124,000 nucleotides of DNA from Wallemia ichthyophaga EXF-994 (Eukaryota; Fungi; Basidiomycota): assembly GCF_000400465.1 (NCBI RefSeq), contig NW_008806285.1, positions 144,001-268,000 on the forward strand, written 5' to 3'. Within the stretch, counting starts at the first letter, position 1. Every line of letters begins with the position of its first letter. Positions 13,435-26,189 of the stretch are shown piece after piece. The translations under genes and the position numbers were made by a program. The notes beneath the pieces were generated by a model. It was not told the origin of the DNA. It ran no database searches and saw only the letters and a program-made list of their open reading frames with translations.

Positions 13435-14471
13435 CTAAGCAAGTACAACAGCCAATCCAACCAACGCTAATAATCCGGTTGACAAAACAGCTCTGGTTGA
13501 AGATGAGTCAGGGTCGGTGTTTTGTGCGCTGGTGTTGTCATCGTTGTCGTCGTTGTCGTCGTTGTCGTTTTCGTTGTCGTTGTCGCTGTTACCGCCACTG
13601 CCTGCAACGACTGAGCTTGGTGTGGCAGAGACAGACGCGGTGTTGACAGTTGAAGTAGGCTTAGCAGACACAGTGCTATCGCCAACCTCACAGATAAAGT
13701 AAGTCGCAGCGACAATCTTTGAGTTAGTGGAATCAATGTAGTCGGCAATGTTCATTTTACCGAGTGGAGTCTGGCTATCTAAGCCGTCTGGGGCCTGGAA
13801 GTCTTGTGGCTGCTTCAATAACAAAAATTGGTATCTGTGTGGACCACTGCCTCTTGCTGGGCCTGGACCTGTGTAGCTGGTGATAACCTTACCAGAGTCA
13901 CCGTCGTGGATTGCAACTCCATTGTCCGAGTCTGAGTCGTCGCTGTCGTCGCCATCACCGCCAACTGAAATGTTGTTCTCAAGGAAATGGCGTGTTTGGC
14001 CTGTAAATAGAATAAGCGTGGATCATCAAAGTGCTCAAATACACACCTTCTGATTGGTCTGCACCGTTGTAGTCTGCATCGATCAGTGCTAAAGTGTATT
14101 GTCCGTCAAGTGTAGCGTTTTCAGATGGGAGGTATCTAAACTCTGGCTTCTCTTGAACGGCTGTGGAGCGCGTGAGTATTTTAACTCCAAACTACCCCAA
14201 ACGCACCGTCCTTTGACAGACGCTGGCCCAAGCTCAGTGGCTCATCTTGGTTATCAAACTTGACCCAGAGAAGTCCTTGGAGATTGTTGAAATCCTCTGA
14301 CTGGAACTCATCCCCAATCAGTCCTGCTGCATTGAAGTCTGCCTGTATGTGTGTTAGTTGTGCCCATCAATAGCTAACTCGACCCACCTTTACTACTGCG
14401 AGTCTGCCTTCATCAACAGCGGCAACGGAAACACCTGCCAAAGCAGCGAGTAATAAAGATTTAATCAACAT
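13435..14471 (-). CDS. Secreted, probably GPI-anchored PEBP-family protein
   Basis: Signal peptide MLIKSLLLAALAG, PEBP motifs YTLALIDAD and GPGPARGSGPHRYQFLL, Ser/Thr/Asp-rich stalk, hydrophobic C-terminus. Confidence 0.8.
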
Positions 14472-14549
14472 TTTTAGATGATAGTTGTTCTGGTTTAAGA
14501 GGGTTCCTCAGCCTTCTGGGCCTTCTCCGCCTTCTTCAAACATCTTCAA

Positions 14550-16061
14550 ATGTCCGAATTCAAAGAGCTTGTGGAATTTCTTAGGAATGATAATCCAACT
14601 ATCAGGCAGATTGCCATACAGCACCTCGCGGGTTTCACGACCAATCAGAAGCAGCTATTCGACAACGACGCCATCTCCCAGGTAAAGCTGTCGTGCAGAG
14701 ATAAGCCTGTAAGTGGGCTGTAGATGCTTAGTCATTGCTCACCAGGCCTATCACGCTCAAGGCTATTGCTCACGACGCTTTCTCCATCCTCGTGAACCTC
14801 TCCGACTCTGTTCTCAGCTCAAATGCCATCGCTACCAAAGAATTCCTCCTTTTCCTTACCAGCTACATCTCCAATCCATCAGCTCTATTAGCTGATCTAG
14901 CCTGTATGCTTCTCTCTAACCTCAGCAAGCTCCCAAATCTCATGCATGCGCTATGCTCTCAGCAAATCCCAATTAGTCTCCACGACGGAAATGTTTCTTA
15001 TATTGCGTCTAAGAGCGATTCTTCAAGCGTACAGATGGATGGTCTTCAAACCACCGTAAAAGCTCTTCCCTGTCTCGTTGAGGCTTTTGTCCAGGGCGCT
15101 AACAAACCCGAGACGGCTGTTGAGAGTGCTGAGGCTGATGCACAGCGTAAATCTAATTGCCACTTCTTAGGCTCCGTATTCGCCAACATCACCACTACTC
15201 AACCTGGCAGAGACTTTTTCACATCTCCTTCACTTTCATTCGACTCCCTTGCCAACCAAAAGTCTGCCAAGGAGTATCCACTTGCCAAGCTCACTGCTTT
15301 CACAGAGCACCCAAGCAATATCAGAAGACACGGTGTAGCTGCTGCTCTCAAGTGAGTTGCTTTGGCTTGATATCATCACCTCACCTCACCCACTTAGGAA
15401 CTCGACTTTCGTTAAGGACGCACACAGGGCACTACTTGCACAAGACTCAGAAATTGTTGGCGAGTGCAACGGCGTTAATATGCTTCCATATGTCCTCTTG
15501 CCCTTGTGTGGTCCTGAAGAATTCGATATCGAGGTGCGTTGTTTCTTGGCATTTCATCTTATTCTCACATTCCACCGCACATAGGAACAAGAGGCTCTGC
15601 CGGAAGTTTGCCAATTACTCCCTCCAACAAAACAGCGCGAAGTGGATCCTAGCATCCGCAAGACACACATTGAGACACTCTTGCTACTCTGCACCACACT
15701 CCACGGAAGGGAGTACCTCAGGAGCAGGAACACTTACGTTGTCATCAAGGCTGCCCATGCCGATGAAAAGGACCAGCAGGTATGCTCGACTTTTTTTTTA
15801 AAAAAAATACTTGGTGCCTAATCAACTATCTACAGGTCACCGATGAAATGATCAAGGTGGGAACGTAGCGTTAATATAGAGCAATCTAACTCGCTGCACA
15901 GCTCGTCAACCTCATCATGAGAGAAGAGGGCCAAGAGTGAGTATGTTCCTCGCTGCGTCATCACCCGCTGACAATTGCGATTGCACAGAACAAAGATACA
16001 GGAGCTCTCAAAAAAAGAATCTGAGCTGATAGACGAGGACATGACAATCGAGGAGGTTTAA
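14550..16061 (+). CDS. HGH1: Hgh1/FAM203 eEF2 chaperone
   Basis: HFLGSVFANITT, RRHGVAAALK, NMLPYVLLPLCGPEEFD. Confidence 0.85.
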
Positions 16062-16132
16062 ACTATTTAAATTCACATGCATATTTATATTTAGAACGCA
16101 AACGTTGGCTTAGTCAAGTACAATCAACTCAT

Positions 16133-19100
16133 ATGTCCAAAACGCCACCGAACATAGCTGTAATACCTAACGAGACGCCGAAAGCGAAAAAGAAGAACCC
16201 CATCAAGGCTATACGCTCTTTTGTGAGCAGGAACAACGCCGTGAAGCCAGAGAGCTTCAGACCACACGCCGACGAGATACCGTTTGCTTCTCTGCGAGTG
16301 CAAGTGCTTAATGCCAAAGATCTCGCAAGCAGAGACCGCAATGGACTGAGTGATCCGTTCATTGATATCAACTACGGCCTACTGCGCTTATCTACACCCT
16401 GCGTCAAGAAAACTGTAAATCCTTCATGGGATTCGAATGACGCGACGTTCGACATTAGTCTTTATAGATCTACAGTAGCAGATATTCTCCAGCTCGAATT
16501 CGTCTTGTGGGATAAGGATACTTTCGGCAAGGACTACCTTGGAGAATGCTGTGTCTATCTCGATGACTGGTTCCCAAAATTATATCCAAATCTCTCTACT
16601 AGAGCTGTTGAGTGGTCTGACCATCAGAATAATGTGCGTCGTCGGCTCTTTTCGGCGAACATTCATCCGTCGCTCCGGGTTTTGCTCTTTTACTAACTAA
16701 TGGCGTAGGTGCGCACCCTCAGTATCGAGTCGGCGAGGAAACACAACAGCGTCAGTGGCGTCCTCAATGTCAGATTCGGTCTCATTCAACACGTCGCATC
16801 CCCCGTTGTCGATTTGGCGAGTGAATTTGAGGATATTCTCGCGAAAGTTCGCAAATCTGTTGATTGCGGTTTATTGTCCGCTCCTCCTGTGGGTATTTTG
16901 GTGGTGTATGTACATGATGATGCTCACCTAAATGCAACACACAGGTCGCTTCAATAGGCACTCGTCTCATCAGCTCCAATTCCCTCTCGCAGCAAGTGAG
17001 CAACGACTCAACGCGCACCGTTGTCGCCTCAGGTTCAGGTAGCGAAGATATCCCATCTTATGCCCTCACCAGATCTACAACTGGAGGGAACGATAGCATC
17101 GGTGACGAGTCGGACACTTTCGACGATTCTGATGTAGATATAACTATATCAGACGTCGAAGGCGATGAAGTGGAAAATGATGCCGAAGAGGTTAGGCACG
17201 CTGACGAGTCAAACGTACCCACACCGACAGTCGGGAAAAGTGAAACAGAATCATTCATAAAGGGGATCGAGTCGAGAAGAAGTGAATCACAACCAGAGCA
17301 CAGAACATCTTCAACCCTCTCCCCGAGAGATATACCACCATTTAGAAAAAAGTCATCCAAGCTTAAACGCATGATAACACCGTTATCATCGAGACAAAAT
17401 AGCAGAGAAAGTATACCACTCGCCATCACACCACAGGGTGATATATCTGAACCTAATCTTTCTTCGCATTCGCCTATGTCTCTCAAATCTAAAAGAAGAA
17501 GGCCGAAGAAAGCGAGATCGAGTAGACCAAAAACTGGCGGGTTCAACTTGTACTCGGAAGATGCTTCCAATGTACTTGGTGTTGTGCTGTTAGAAGTCCG
17601 TCACGGTGAGGATTTGCCGAGAATGAAAAACTTGACTAGAACTGGATGGGATATGGACCCATTCGTCGTCATCAGTTTTGGCAAGAAGATATTTAGGACT
17701 AGGGTTATTCGGCACTCTCTAAACCCTACTTGGGACGAGCAGCTCTATTTCCATGTGCGTAACGGTGAAAGCAAATTTAATGTTGACTTCTCCGTCTTGG
17801 ATTGGGATAAACTCAGTGCGAACGATCATGTCGGAGAAGCTTCACTACCGCTCCAGGAACTAATATACAAAGCACCAAAAGCAGACGCCAGTACTGGATT
17901 GTTCAATACAGATGACTATGACGCGCATGGAATGGAGGATTACAAGCTAGATCTCAAGATAGATGAGAATTGGGAAGAAAAGCACCGACCAAATATACTC
18001 ATCAAAGCCAAATACCTGCCATACGCAGCGCTCAGACAAAGATTTTGGAGATCATACCTCGACCAATACGATACCGATGATACAGGAGCAATTGCACGTG
18101 TGGAGCTGACGATGATGCTTGACTCGCTTGGCTCGACACTCACATCACTCACTATCGACTCTTTCTTCACCAGATGGGACAAGGACCCGCGCAGTGACGA
18201 GCTTAGCTACGACCAGATCATACAGGTACTGGAGAATGAAACAAACAAACCAATTAACGAGAGGAGGTCACTTGATGCAGATGCTGACGAGACTGATGCT
18301 TCGGTGTCACCTGGCCCAACCACTCCAGCAGCATTGACGGCGTGCACTAACAGCAATGAAGCTCCTCTCGAATATACCGGACCTCTCGCGCGCCCGCCAA
18401 ATAACTCTCCTGATACCGTCGAAGAAAATAAGCGGGCATCTAAAGTAAAGAATGAAGGCGCGGGTAATGAGACTGATCCCTTGATTAGTGAAGAAACATC
18501 AAAGCTTAAAATTTCGACTGAATTTATCGACAGTTCAAAACTCTCCCCTCAAGGTGATTTCATGTCTTCGTCGTCGAGTATTTCTGGATACGATGCTAGC
18601 GATTTGGAAGATTCCACCGAGATTGAAAGAGATACTGCGAGCGACTACAGCAAGATGAAGTTAAGGATGGATGAGAGCCAGCACGAGAAAATTATTAACA
18701 TCAAAGTCTGCCCGCTCTGTCATAAGGGTAGATTGAACAGTAAAGCTGAAGTAGATATCGTTACACATCTGGCTATATGCGCGTCGACTGATTGGGGTAG
18801 ATTGAATAGAATAGCTGTGTCAAATTATGTCACGGCTTCTCAAGCTCAAAGGAAGTGGATTAGCAAGATCGCTTCAAAAATATCAACGGGATCTTACAAG
18901 CTAGGAGCTAATTCAGCAAATATACTTGTCCAAGATAGATTGTCAGGCAAGGTTCAAGAAGAGAAAATGCAGATATATGTGAGAATTGGTATTCGAATGC
19001 TTTACAAAGGAGCAAGATCAAAGATGGAAGGTAGTAGAGCTAGAAAATTACTCAAATCCATGTCAATAAAACAAGGTAAAAAGTATGATGACCCAGAATC

Positions 19101-19898
19101 AATTCGAGAGATACCCAACTTTATCCAATTCCATAATCTGCGAATGGACGAAGTGCTTGAGCCAGTCACAGCATTCAAAACATTTAACCAATTCTTTTAT
19201 AGAAAGTTGAAGGCTGATGCGAGGCCAGTAGAGAAACCAGAAGATGGATCGAGGTTGGTTAGTGCAGCTGACTGTAGAATGGTTGTGTTTGATGACTTTG
19301 ATGTTGCAACCAAGGTCTGGATAAAGGGTAGAGGATTTACAGTCGCCAAATTGCTCGGCGAGAAGGTATCTAAGGAGGATTGGTGTGCAGCACTGATTGA
19401 CAAGGAGCAATTGCCAAGTCTGTGTGTGTTCAGACTTGCTCCTCAAGACTATCACCGCTTTCACTCACCTGTTGATGGAGTTATGGGAGAGATTACGACG
19501 ATTGAGGGAGAATACTACACTGTCAACCCACAAGCTGTGAGATCGTCGATTTCTGTCTTTTCTGATAATGTGAGTGATGAAATTGAGTGGTTTAAAGCGG
19601 CTAATCACATACACAGGTACGCGTAATTGTGCCAATTCATACGGAACGCTACGGGACTGTAGTGGCAGTCTGTATCGGAGCCATGATGGTAGGTTCAACG
19701 ATACTGACGAAAAAGGAGGGCGAGAGAGTGAACAGAGGTGAAGAATTTGGATACTTTGCTTTCGGAGGATCGACAATTGTGTGCCTCTTTCCGTCAGGAG
19801 TTGTTTCATGGGATGATGACGTCAAGGAGAACAGCAGCGCAGCTATCGAAACGCTGGTGCGAGTTGGTATGGGTATTGGTTCGTTGAATGAACATTAG
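16133..19898 (+). CDS. PSD2: Phosphatidylserine decarboxylase 2 (C2 domains, EF-hand)
   Basis: Two C2 domains, FRLAPQDYHRFH, autocleavage motif FAFGGST. Confidence 0.93.
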
Positions 19899-20119
19899 TT
19901 GTACAATCATTCACAGAGATATTTGAGTGGATTTGAGTGAATGAAAAATGGCACGCAAAATTACAGCGGATGATTGAGTAAAAGGGATGTAAGAAAGTAA
20001 TCGGAGTAATTGAATGTGATTAAATAAACAAAGACTCGTTGACGGAATTTATAAATTTACTTCTTCGTGTCCACTGTAAGCTTCTTGAAACGCAACGTCA
20101 GTGTCTGCAGACGATCTCG

Positions 20120-22084
20120 ATGGCTTTAAATTACCAACAGCTGGGGGAACGTCCGCAGGATATTCAGCAGTTGCAACAAGCCCAAGCTAGACGTTCTCCT
20201 CGTATGGCTGCTGCATTGCTTCAACAGAGGCGAAGTGCCGCTATGGGTCAGCCGACGCCGACTCCGAGTTTGGGGATAAATGCGTTTGAAGGGGGCAATA
20301 ATTCACCTGGCAGCTTCGATTGGAATCCTCAAATTCAATTTGGTACGTCTATTCACTCTTGTTTACTTGAAATTCCGGTGCTGATCTGATAATTTACAAG
20401 ACCCAAATCGCGAGCAGCAAATGCAGCAGCAGCGTCTAGCACAGTATCAACTTCAGCAGCATTTCTTGCAACAGCAGCAAATGCAGCAGCTTCAGAAGCA
20501 GCAGATGGCTCTCCACCAGCACCAGCAACAGCAACAGCATCATTATCAGCAGCAACAACAGCAACAACAGCAACAACAACAGCAGCAGATGCACTTTAAT
20601 AGCATGCAGCAGCAGCGTCCGTCACCTATAATAGGTCACTACCCACAGAGGCCATCGACCAGTGACGGCATGGGCCAATTAAATGACACTCAAGCAAACG
20701 CTGCTATGAATGGTATTGGCGGTATTAATAGCATGAGCGCTGCATCGGATGCACTTAATTTACAGTTGAACGGCAGTCAGCATCCTTCCCCGGCTCATCC
20801 GCCTAAAGCTATTCCTACGCCACAGCCAATGTCTACACCACAGCCCGTCCCAACGCCTCCTCATTCTATAGGCACTCCTCAACCACAGACGCGTCCACAC
20901 TCACTACCTCACCCTCAACTACATCATCCAAACGCTCAGGTACATCCCTACTCAGCTCAGATTCAGGCTTTGCAAGCTGCGCAGGCTGCACAGGTATCTC
21001 AGCATGCCCAGGCTCAACAACAGCAACTCCAGCAACAGCAAATACATCCACAACATCCACATCAACATTCAATACGGCCACCAATGGGAAACATGCCTGA
21101 GGGTATACCGCCGCAATTAGCGTGAGTTCAGAAGTCTGGTGAGCTCAATGGACTGACGTATTCAATCGCAGTAGAATGCCAAACCATTCAGCAGCAGTAG
21201 CAGCAGCAGCAGCAGCCCCACGTGCACACGCTGGTACACTCAGATTGTTACAGTATATCGAACACTTCAGGCGACACATAAGCCTAGTGCATGGAGGGAA
21301 TAACCAGCACAAGGGAATGGGGGAGCAGCTGAGTGCAACGCAATGGCAAAACTTTGTACAGGAGTTCTTTATGCCATCCGCGATGCTCAGACTTAACTTC
21401 AAGAAGCTTGACGGAGGATATATGAATCAGAACCCACAAGATATGAGACAGACACGACATTTCGACCTACCATTTACGACACTACCGAGATATCATGCAG
21501 CATGGTCGCACAGCCAAGTAGCGGGGATAACAATGTCAACACCGGGTGCGCATGAGAGTGTTTATCACACATCGGGACCGACAGCTCAAGGGTTAAGAGG
21601 ACCAAACGGAGAAATTTTGCCCTCTTCAATGACGACAATAGCTACACACCTCGTACAAGCACCACGAGCGATGGTGTTGTACACATTCTCTAATGGAACA
21701 TCAATTAGAATGATAGGACACTTGCGAGCTGCGCTGACGGCATCATTACCACCACAAAACGGAGGCGGTCAACACGCACTAAAGTTTGAAACGCTAGAAT
21801 TTGACGTAGAAGCGTGCATAGAATCATTAGACAGATCGGCAATACAGTACAGAGCTGGAGATGATATACCGAAGCTGCCGGAGTGCGTGGTGAACGACTA
21901 CGGGCTTCCAGTGAGCGTGATGAAGTGCTTGGAAATCGTAGAATCTGTGGTGCAGATGCAAGATGTAATGAATTTCAGTCTGAGGAATAACTGTGGACCA
22001 GCGGAGGCGTTGAAGGAAATAAACAAAATCAAAGATACCAATTTGAAGAAAAGAAAGCTTGAAGCTGGACAAAGCCCTTTATGA
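20120..22084 (+). CDS. LIM-domain-binding (LDB/SEUSS; Mfg1/Adn1-like) Gln-rich transcriptional adaptor
   Basis: PolyQ N-terminus; AGTLRLLQYIEH...WQNFVQEFF...GLPVSVMKCLEIVESVVQMQDVM resembles the LIM_bind domain. Confidence 0.7.
20421..20600 (+). repeat. CAG/CAA polyglutamine microsatellite inside CDS
   Basis: Mixed cag/caa runs seen directly. Confidence 0.9.
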
Positions 22085-22176
22085 GATTATAAATTTTGTA
22101 GTTATAAATTTATATGTTGTATTCCTGCGATACACGCAAACGCTGACGCCGACGATCAACAGCACAATAGACTAAG

Positions 22177-23959
22177 ATGGCGAGCGAGCTTAACCAGGAG
22201 ATTGAATACGTTCCACCACCCTACTATAATGAACAAAACTACGGTATGTTGATAGTACCGCCGTTTCACGCGTTTCCCGTCTCACTCCAACAAAGCATAC
22301 GAATACGATCCGAACGATATAAATATTGGACATTTATCGGTAAATGAGAATGTACAGCGAGCTCATTCACCAGCCTTGAACGGTTATACCAATCCAGACG
22401 CTGCGTCCATGTACTCGCAGAGCTCAGATCCACGTCTATCCCAGGGCGCTTTTCCCGCTTCGTTTAACCCCATGTTCGTAGCTAGGCCACCGGAGCCTGA
22501 GTCTGCTGCCGATGACGGCAGGTCTATAAGGTCTTTCGATACAGCTTCAGTGAATAACCAGTTGCCCGTCGCGAACGCACCAATGGTGCCAAACTTTTAT
22601 GCAGGTGCTGCGCCTCAAATGATGCCTTACAGCGGCTATCCTCCCTTTTATTCAAATCCTGATAATGTTTATACCTCCCCTCATCCGCAGATGTACTCGT
22701 CGATACCACCTGGATACAACATTCCTCCCCCGCCACCAATGCAGACTAGCCAGAACAGGTCAAAGACGTCGTTGAGCAGTCTAAGGACTCCTACGCTACC
22801 TACGAGGCAGCCAAAAACTCAAGTTAAGAATGAAATGCCTTACAATCGGGCCTTTGTCGATGATTACAGGACTAGAGTTAAGGGCGATCCTGATCCAGAG
22901 GCTCAGTTTGCTTATGCGAGATATTTAATTACTGCTGCTAAAAAGATTTACACGGACGAATCTCCAGCAAACCCCAAATCTGCTCATAAATACAGAGACT
23001 CGTTACTCGCAGAGTCCATCAAGGTTACAAAAAAACTAGCGACTCAACTAAAGCCAGGTTATGTCGAGGCTCAGTTCTTTCTTGCAAATTGCTTGGGTTC
23101 GGGGTCTTTAGGTTTGCAGACAGATCAGCAGAAGGCATATGATCTATATATAACTGCCGCCAAGAGGAACCACGGACCATCGACATACAGAGCTGCTGTG
23201 TGTAATGAACTAGGTGTTGGTACTAAGAAGGATGTAGCAAGGAGCTGTGAACTATACAGAAAAGCTGCGACTCTGGGTGAGACTGCCGCAATGTACAAAA
23301 TCGGTGTTATACTACTTAATGGGTTGTTGGGAGTGAATAGGAATGCAAAGGATGCTATTATTTGGTTCAACAGGGCTGCTCAGCAGGCTGACGAGGAAAA
23401 CCCACACGCCTTGCATGAATTAGCTTTGTTATATGAACATCCAGTTGCTGGTGCTTTGGTGCAAGATGATAATGTGGCATTTGATCTGTTCAGTCAAGCT
23501 GCACAGTATGGCTATGCACCAAGTCAGTTCAAGCTGGGTACTGCGTATGAGTACGGTAACTTGACATGCCCCGTTGATCCAAGAAGGTCGATTGCGTGGT
23601 ACACACGCGCTGCTGAAAAGGGCCATTCTGAAGCGGAGCTCGCGCTATCTGGTTGGTATTTGACGGGCTCTGAGGGTGTTCTCAAACAATCGGATGCTGA
23701 AGCTTTCCTTTGGGCCAGAAGAGCAGCCAATCAAGGACAAGCTAAGGCTGAGTATGCTGTTGGATACTACTCTGAAGTTGGCATTGGAGTGAAGCAGGAC
23801 TTAGAGTTGGCTAAGAAGTGGTACTTGAGAGCTTCACAGAAAGGCAATCAAAGAGCGTCACAAAGAATAGCTGAACTGAAGAGATTAGGAAATCAACGCA
23901 AAAATGGTAATAGACCTACACGCCAGCAAGCTAGAGATGAAGGATGCATAATAACGTAA
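22177..23959 (+). CDS. CHS4: Sel1-repeat chitin synthase activator (Skt5/Chs4)
   Basis: Multiple SEL1 repeats, SQFKLGTAYEYG, C-terminal CaaX CIIT. Confidence 0.88.
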
Positions 23960-24161
23960 TACAAGTTTCTTTACAATCATCGCAATACAAGTACAAGTAC
24001 ATTCAACATTAATACTCACATAGTCACTACATGACTTCATCACAATCATCATAGTCATTATTAAGCTAAGCTCAGCTCAGCTGCTCGTCATTCGTTTTTG
24101 CTTCTTGGATAACATTTCTCATAGAGTGTTTGTACAACTATAAGTCATTCATAAAAGATGT

Positions 24162-24815
24162 TCAAACCTTCTCAGCAGCCCAGACGCCAAACTTGCAAGC
24201 AGAACCTATAGCAGCGCTGAGGAGGGCGTGTGCTGGAGCCTGCTGTGCGCCGTGGTCAACGGCGGTGTCTAGGTGTTCGAGCTCATCATCTCTGAACTGC
24301 TCACACGTCTCCCTAAGCTTGACAAGATCTGGATGGAGATGCTCGAACTTTTTGAGCTGAATAATTTGACTGTGCGAGTGATTATGAGTTGTGATATCAT
24401 CGACTGGCAGGCACACTCACTCATCATAGTGCTCACCGATAACAGTCTCAACAGCCTCCGTGCAAGCCATAGCAGACTCCTTTCCCATGGCCGTTGTAGA
24501 CGCGCCCATAAACCAACCAGCAGCAACCCAAACAGGTGACAACATGGTCGGCCGCACCTGGAAATTCTCGAGAAGCTGGTTGAATGTTTTCAAGTGATGT
24601 TTCTCCTGATCCCACATGTTTTGTACTAGCTCAATTTCGCCTGCTCGCTCTACGCCGCCCTTCTTGGTGGCGTACATCTGCCCTGCATAGATCCAATTCG
24701 CACCGAGCTCGCCAGCGTGGTCGACGCGTATCAATCTGTCTATAACGTCTCTTTGAGAGGCAGATAAATTAATATTTTTGTACGTATTCAATAGCCTCAG
24801 CGAGCTTCTTAGCAT
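24162..24815 (-). CDS. COQ7: Demethoxyubiquinone hydroxylase
   Basis: RVDHAGELGANWIYAGQ, CTEAVETVIGEHY, FRDDELEHLD. Confidence 0.95.
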
Positions 24816-24827
24816 TGTGCAGTGAGG

Positions 24828-25939
24828 ATGGTACGGAAGAGAGACTCGATAAAGAATAAAGTGAAGGAAGTTTTTAGCCCGTCTCCAACGCAAGAGCCAG
24901 TGGAGCACGCTGTAGACGACTCGCTCGAAGATGACTTATTTGCACAGCTCGATGCGAAGGAAGCTGAGCAGACATCGAATACGCCTTCTAAGACGCCTTC
25001 TCAGACGCACTCGATGAGGGAAGTTGAGGCTGAGGCTGAGGCTGAGCAGAAGAAGTCCCGCAAAGCCAGACGTGAAGTGGGTTTTTATGGCGTAACGAGC
25101 CATACAAACTGACTCTAGTTAAGGAGAAGCGTCTACTTGAAGAGGAATCTATTAGGCAGGCTGCTTTCGCAGAAGCTAACCTCCCTGAGAATGAGAAATT
25201 GGCTAAGGAAGCTACCGAGGAGGAGAAAATTATCATCGATATCTGCAACAAACACGCTCGGAAGATGCACGAAATCTCACCAGATGGTCACTGTCTCTAT
25301 GCCGCTATCGCTGATCAGGTCACCTGCGATAGTTTGCTCGAGTATTCTCCGCAGTTTCAGGTGGGCGTGGTGTTGATGTTGTTGGAACACTGTCTGACAT
25401 ACACATACAGGCTACTTACCAGGATATGAGGAGTACAGCCGCAAATTACCTCAGAGAACACGCAGATGACTTTATGCCTTTCCTTACAACTGCTAATCTT
25501 ACACCCGCTGATGGAGCTGACTCAGATGGTCATGAGGCTGAAGGTACACCGATGGATATTGCGCAGTTTAACAAGTATTGCGAGATTGTAGAGAATACCG
25601 GTGAATGGGGTGGTCATATTGAGGTTCGTTGCCTTGTCTTCTCACCAGTATATTCGCAACTTACAAAATTTGCAAAGCTACTCGCTATCAGTAGAGCTAT
25701 CAACAAACCTATACACGTCGTACAGCGGTCACATCACAATGTCATCCTCATCGGTGGTCGTGAGGGTGAATTCGAGCACAATCCAGAAGGCGTAGATGGT
25801 ATTTGGCTGAGTTTCCACACGCGTATGTATGGATTAGGAGAGGTGGGTAAAGCCTGTTTGATATGTGCCTGCTAACGTCAATGTGCCCGTCATGCAGCAT
25901 TACAACTCGTTGAGAAGGAAAGAAGACACAACGTCTTAG
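24828..25939 (+). CDS. OTU2: OTU-domain deubiquitinase (Otu2/OTUD6B)
   Basis: PDGHCLYAAIADQ catalytic Cys, WGGHIE, HYNSL. Confidence 0.88.
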
Positions 25940-26189
25940 CTCGCAGCAGTATTGCTGTAAGATGCGGCTAATTGGCAATCGCTAATCGCCAACATTAGCG
26001 GAATGAGAATGATACTTGTAAATAGCCTCGATAAACGACATCGTGTACTCAAGCTGTCCTGGATTTACCACAATTCAGGCATACGGATCGTAAGCACTGT
26101 GTGTTTTGCTAGCAGATATTTCGCTCGCCCGCTATCTCCTCCCATCTCCCTTGCACCAGTTCTGCCACCATCATCGGCAACGAATAGCG

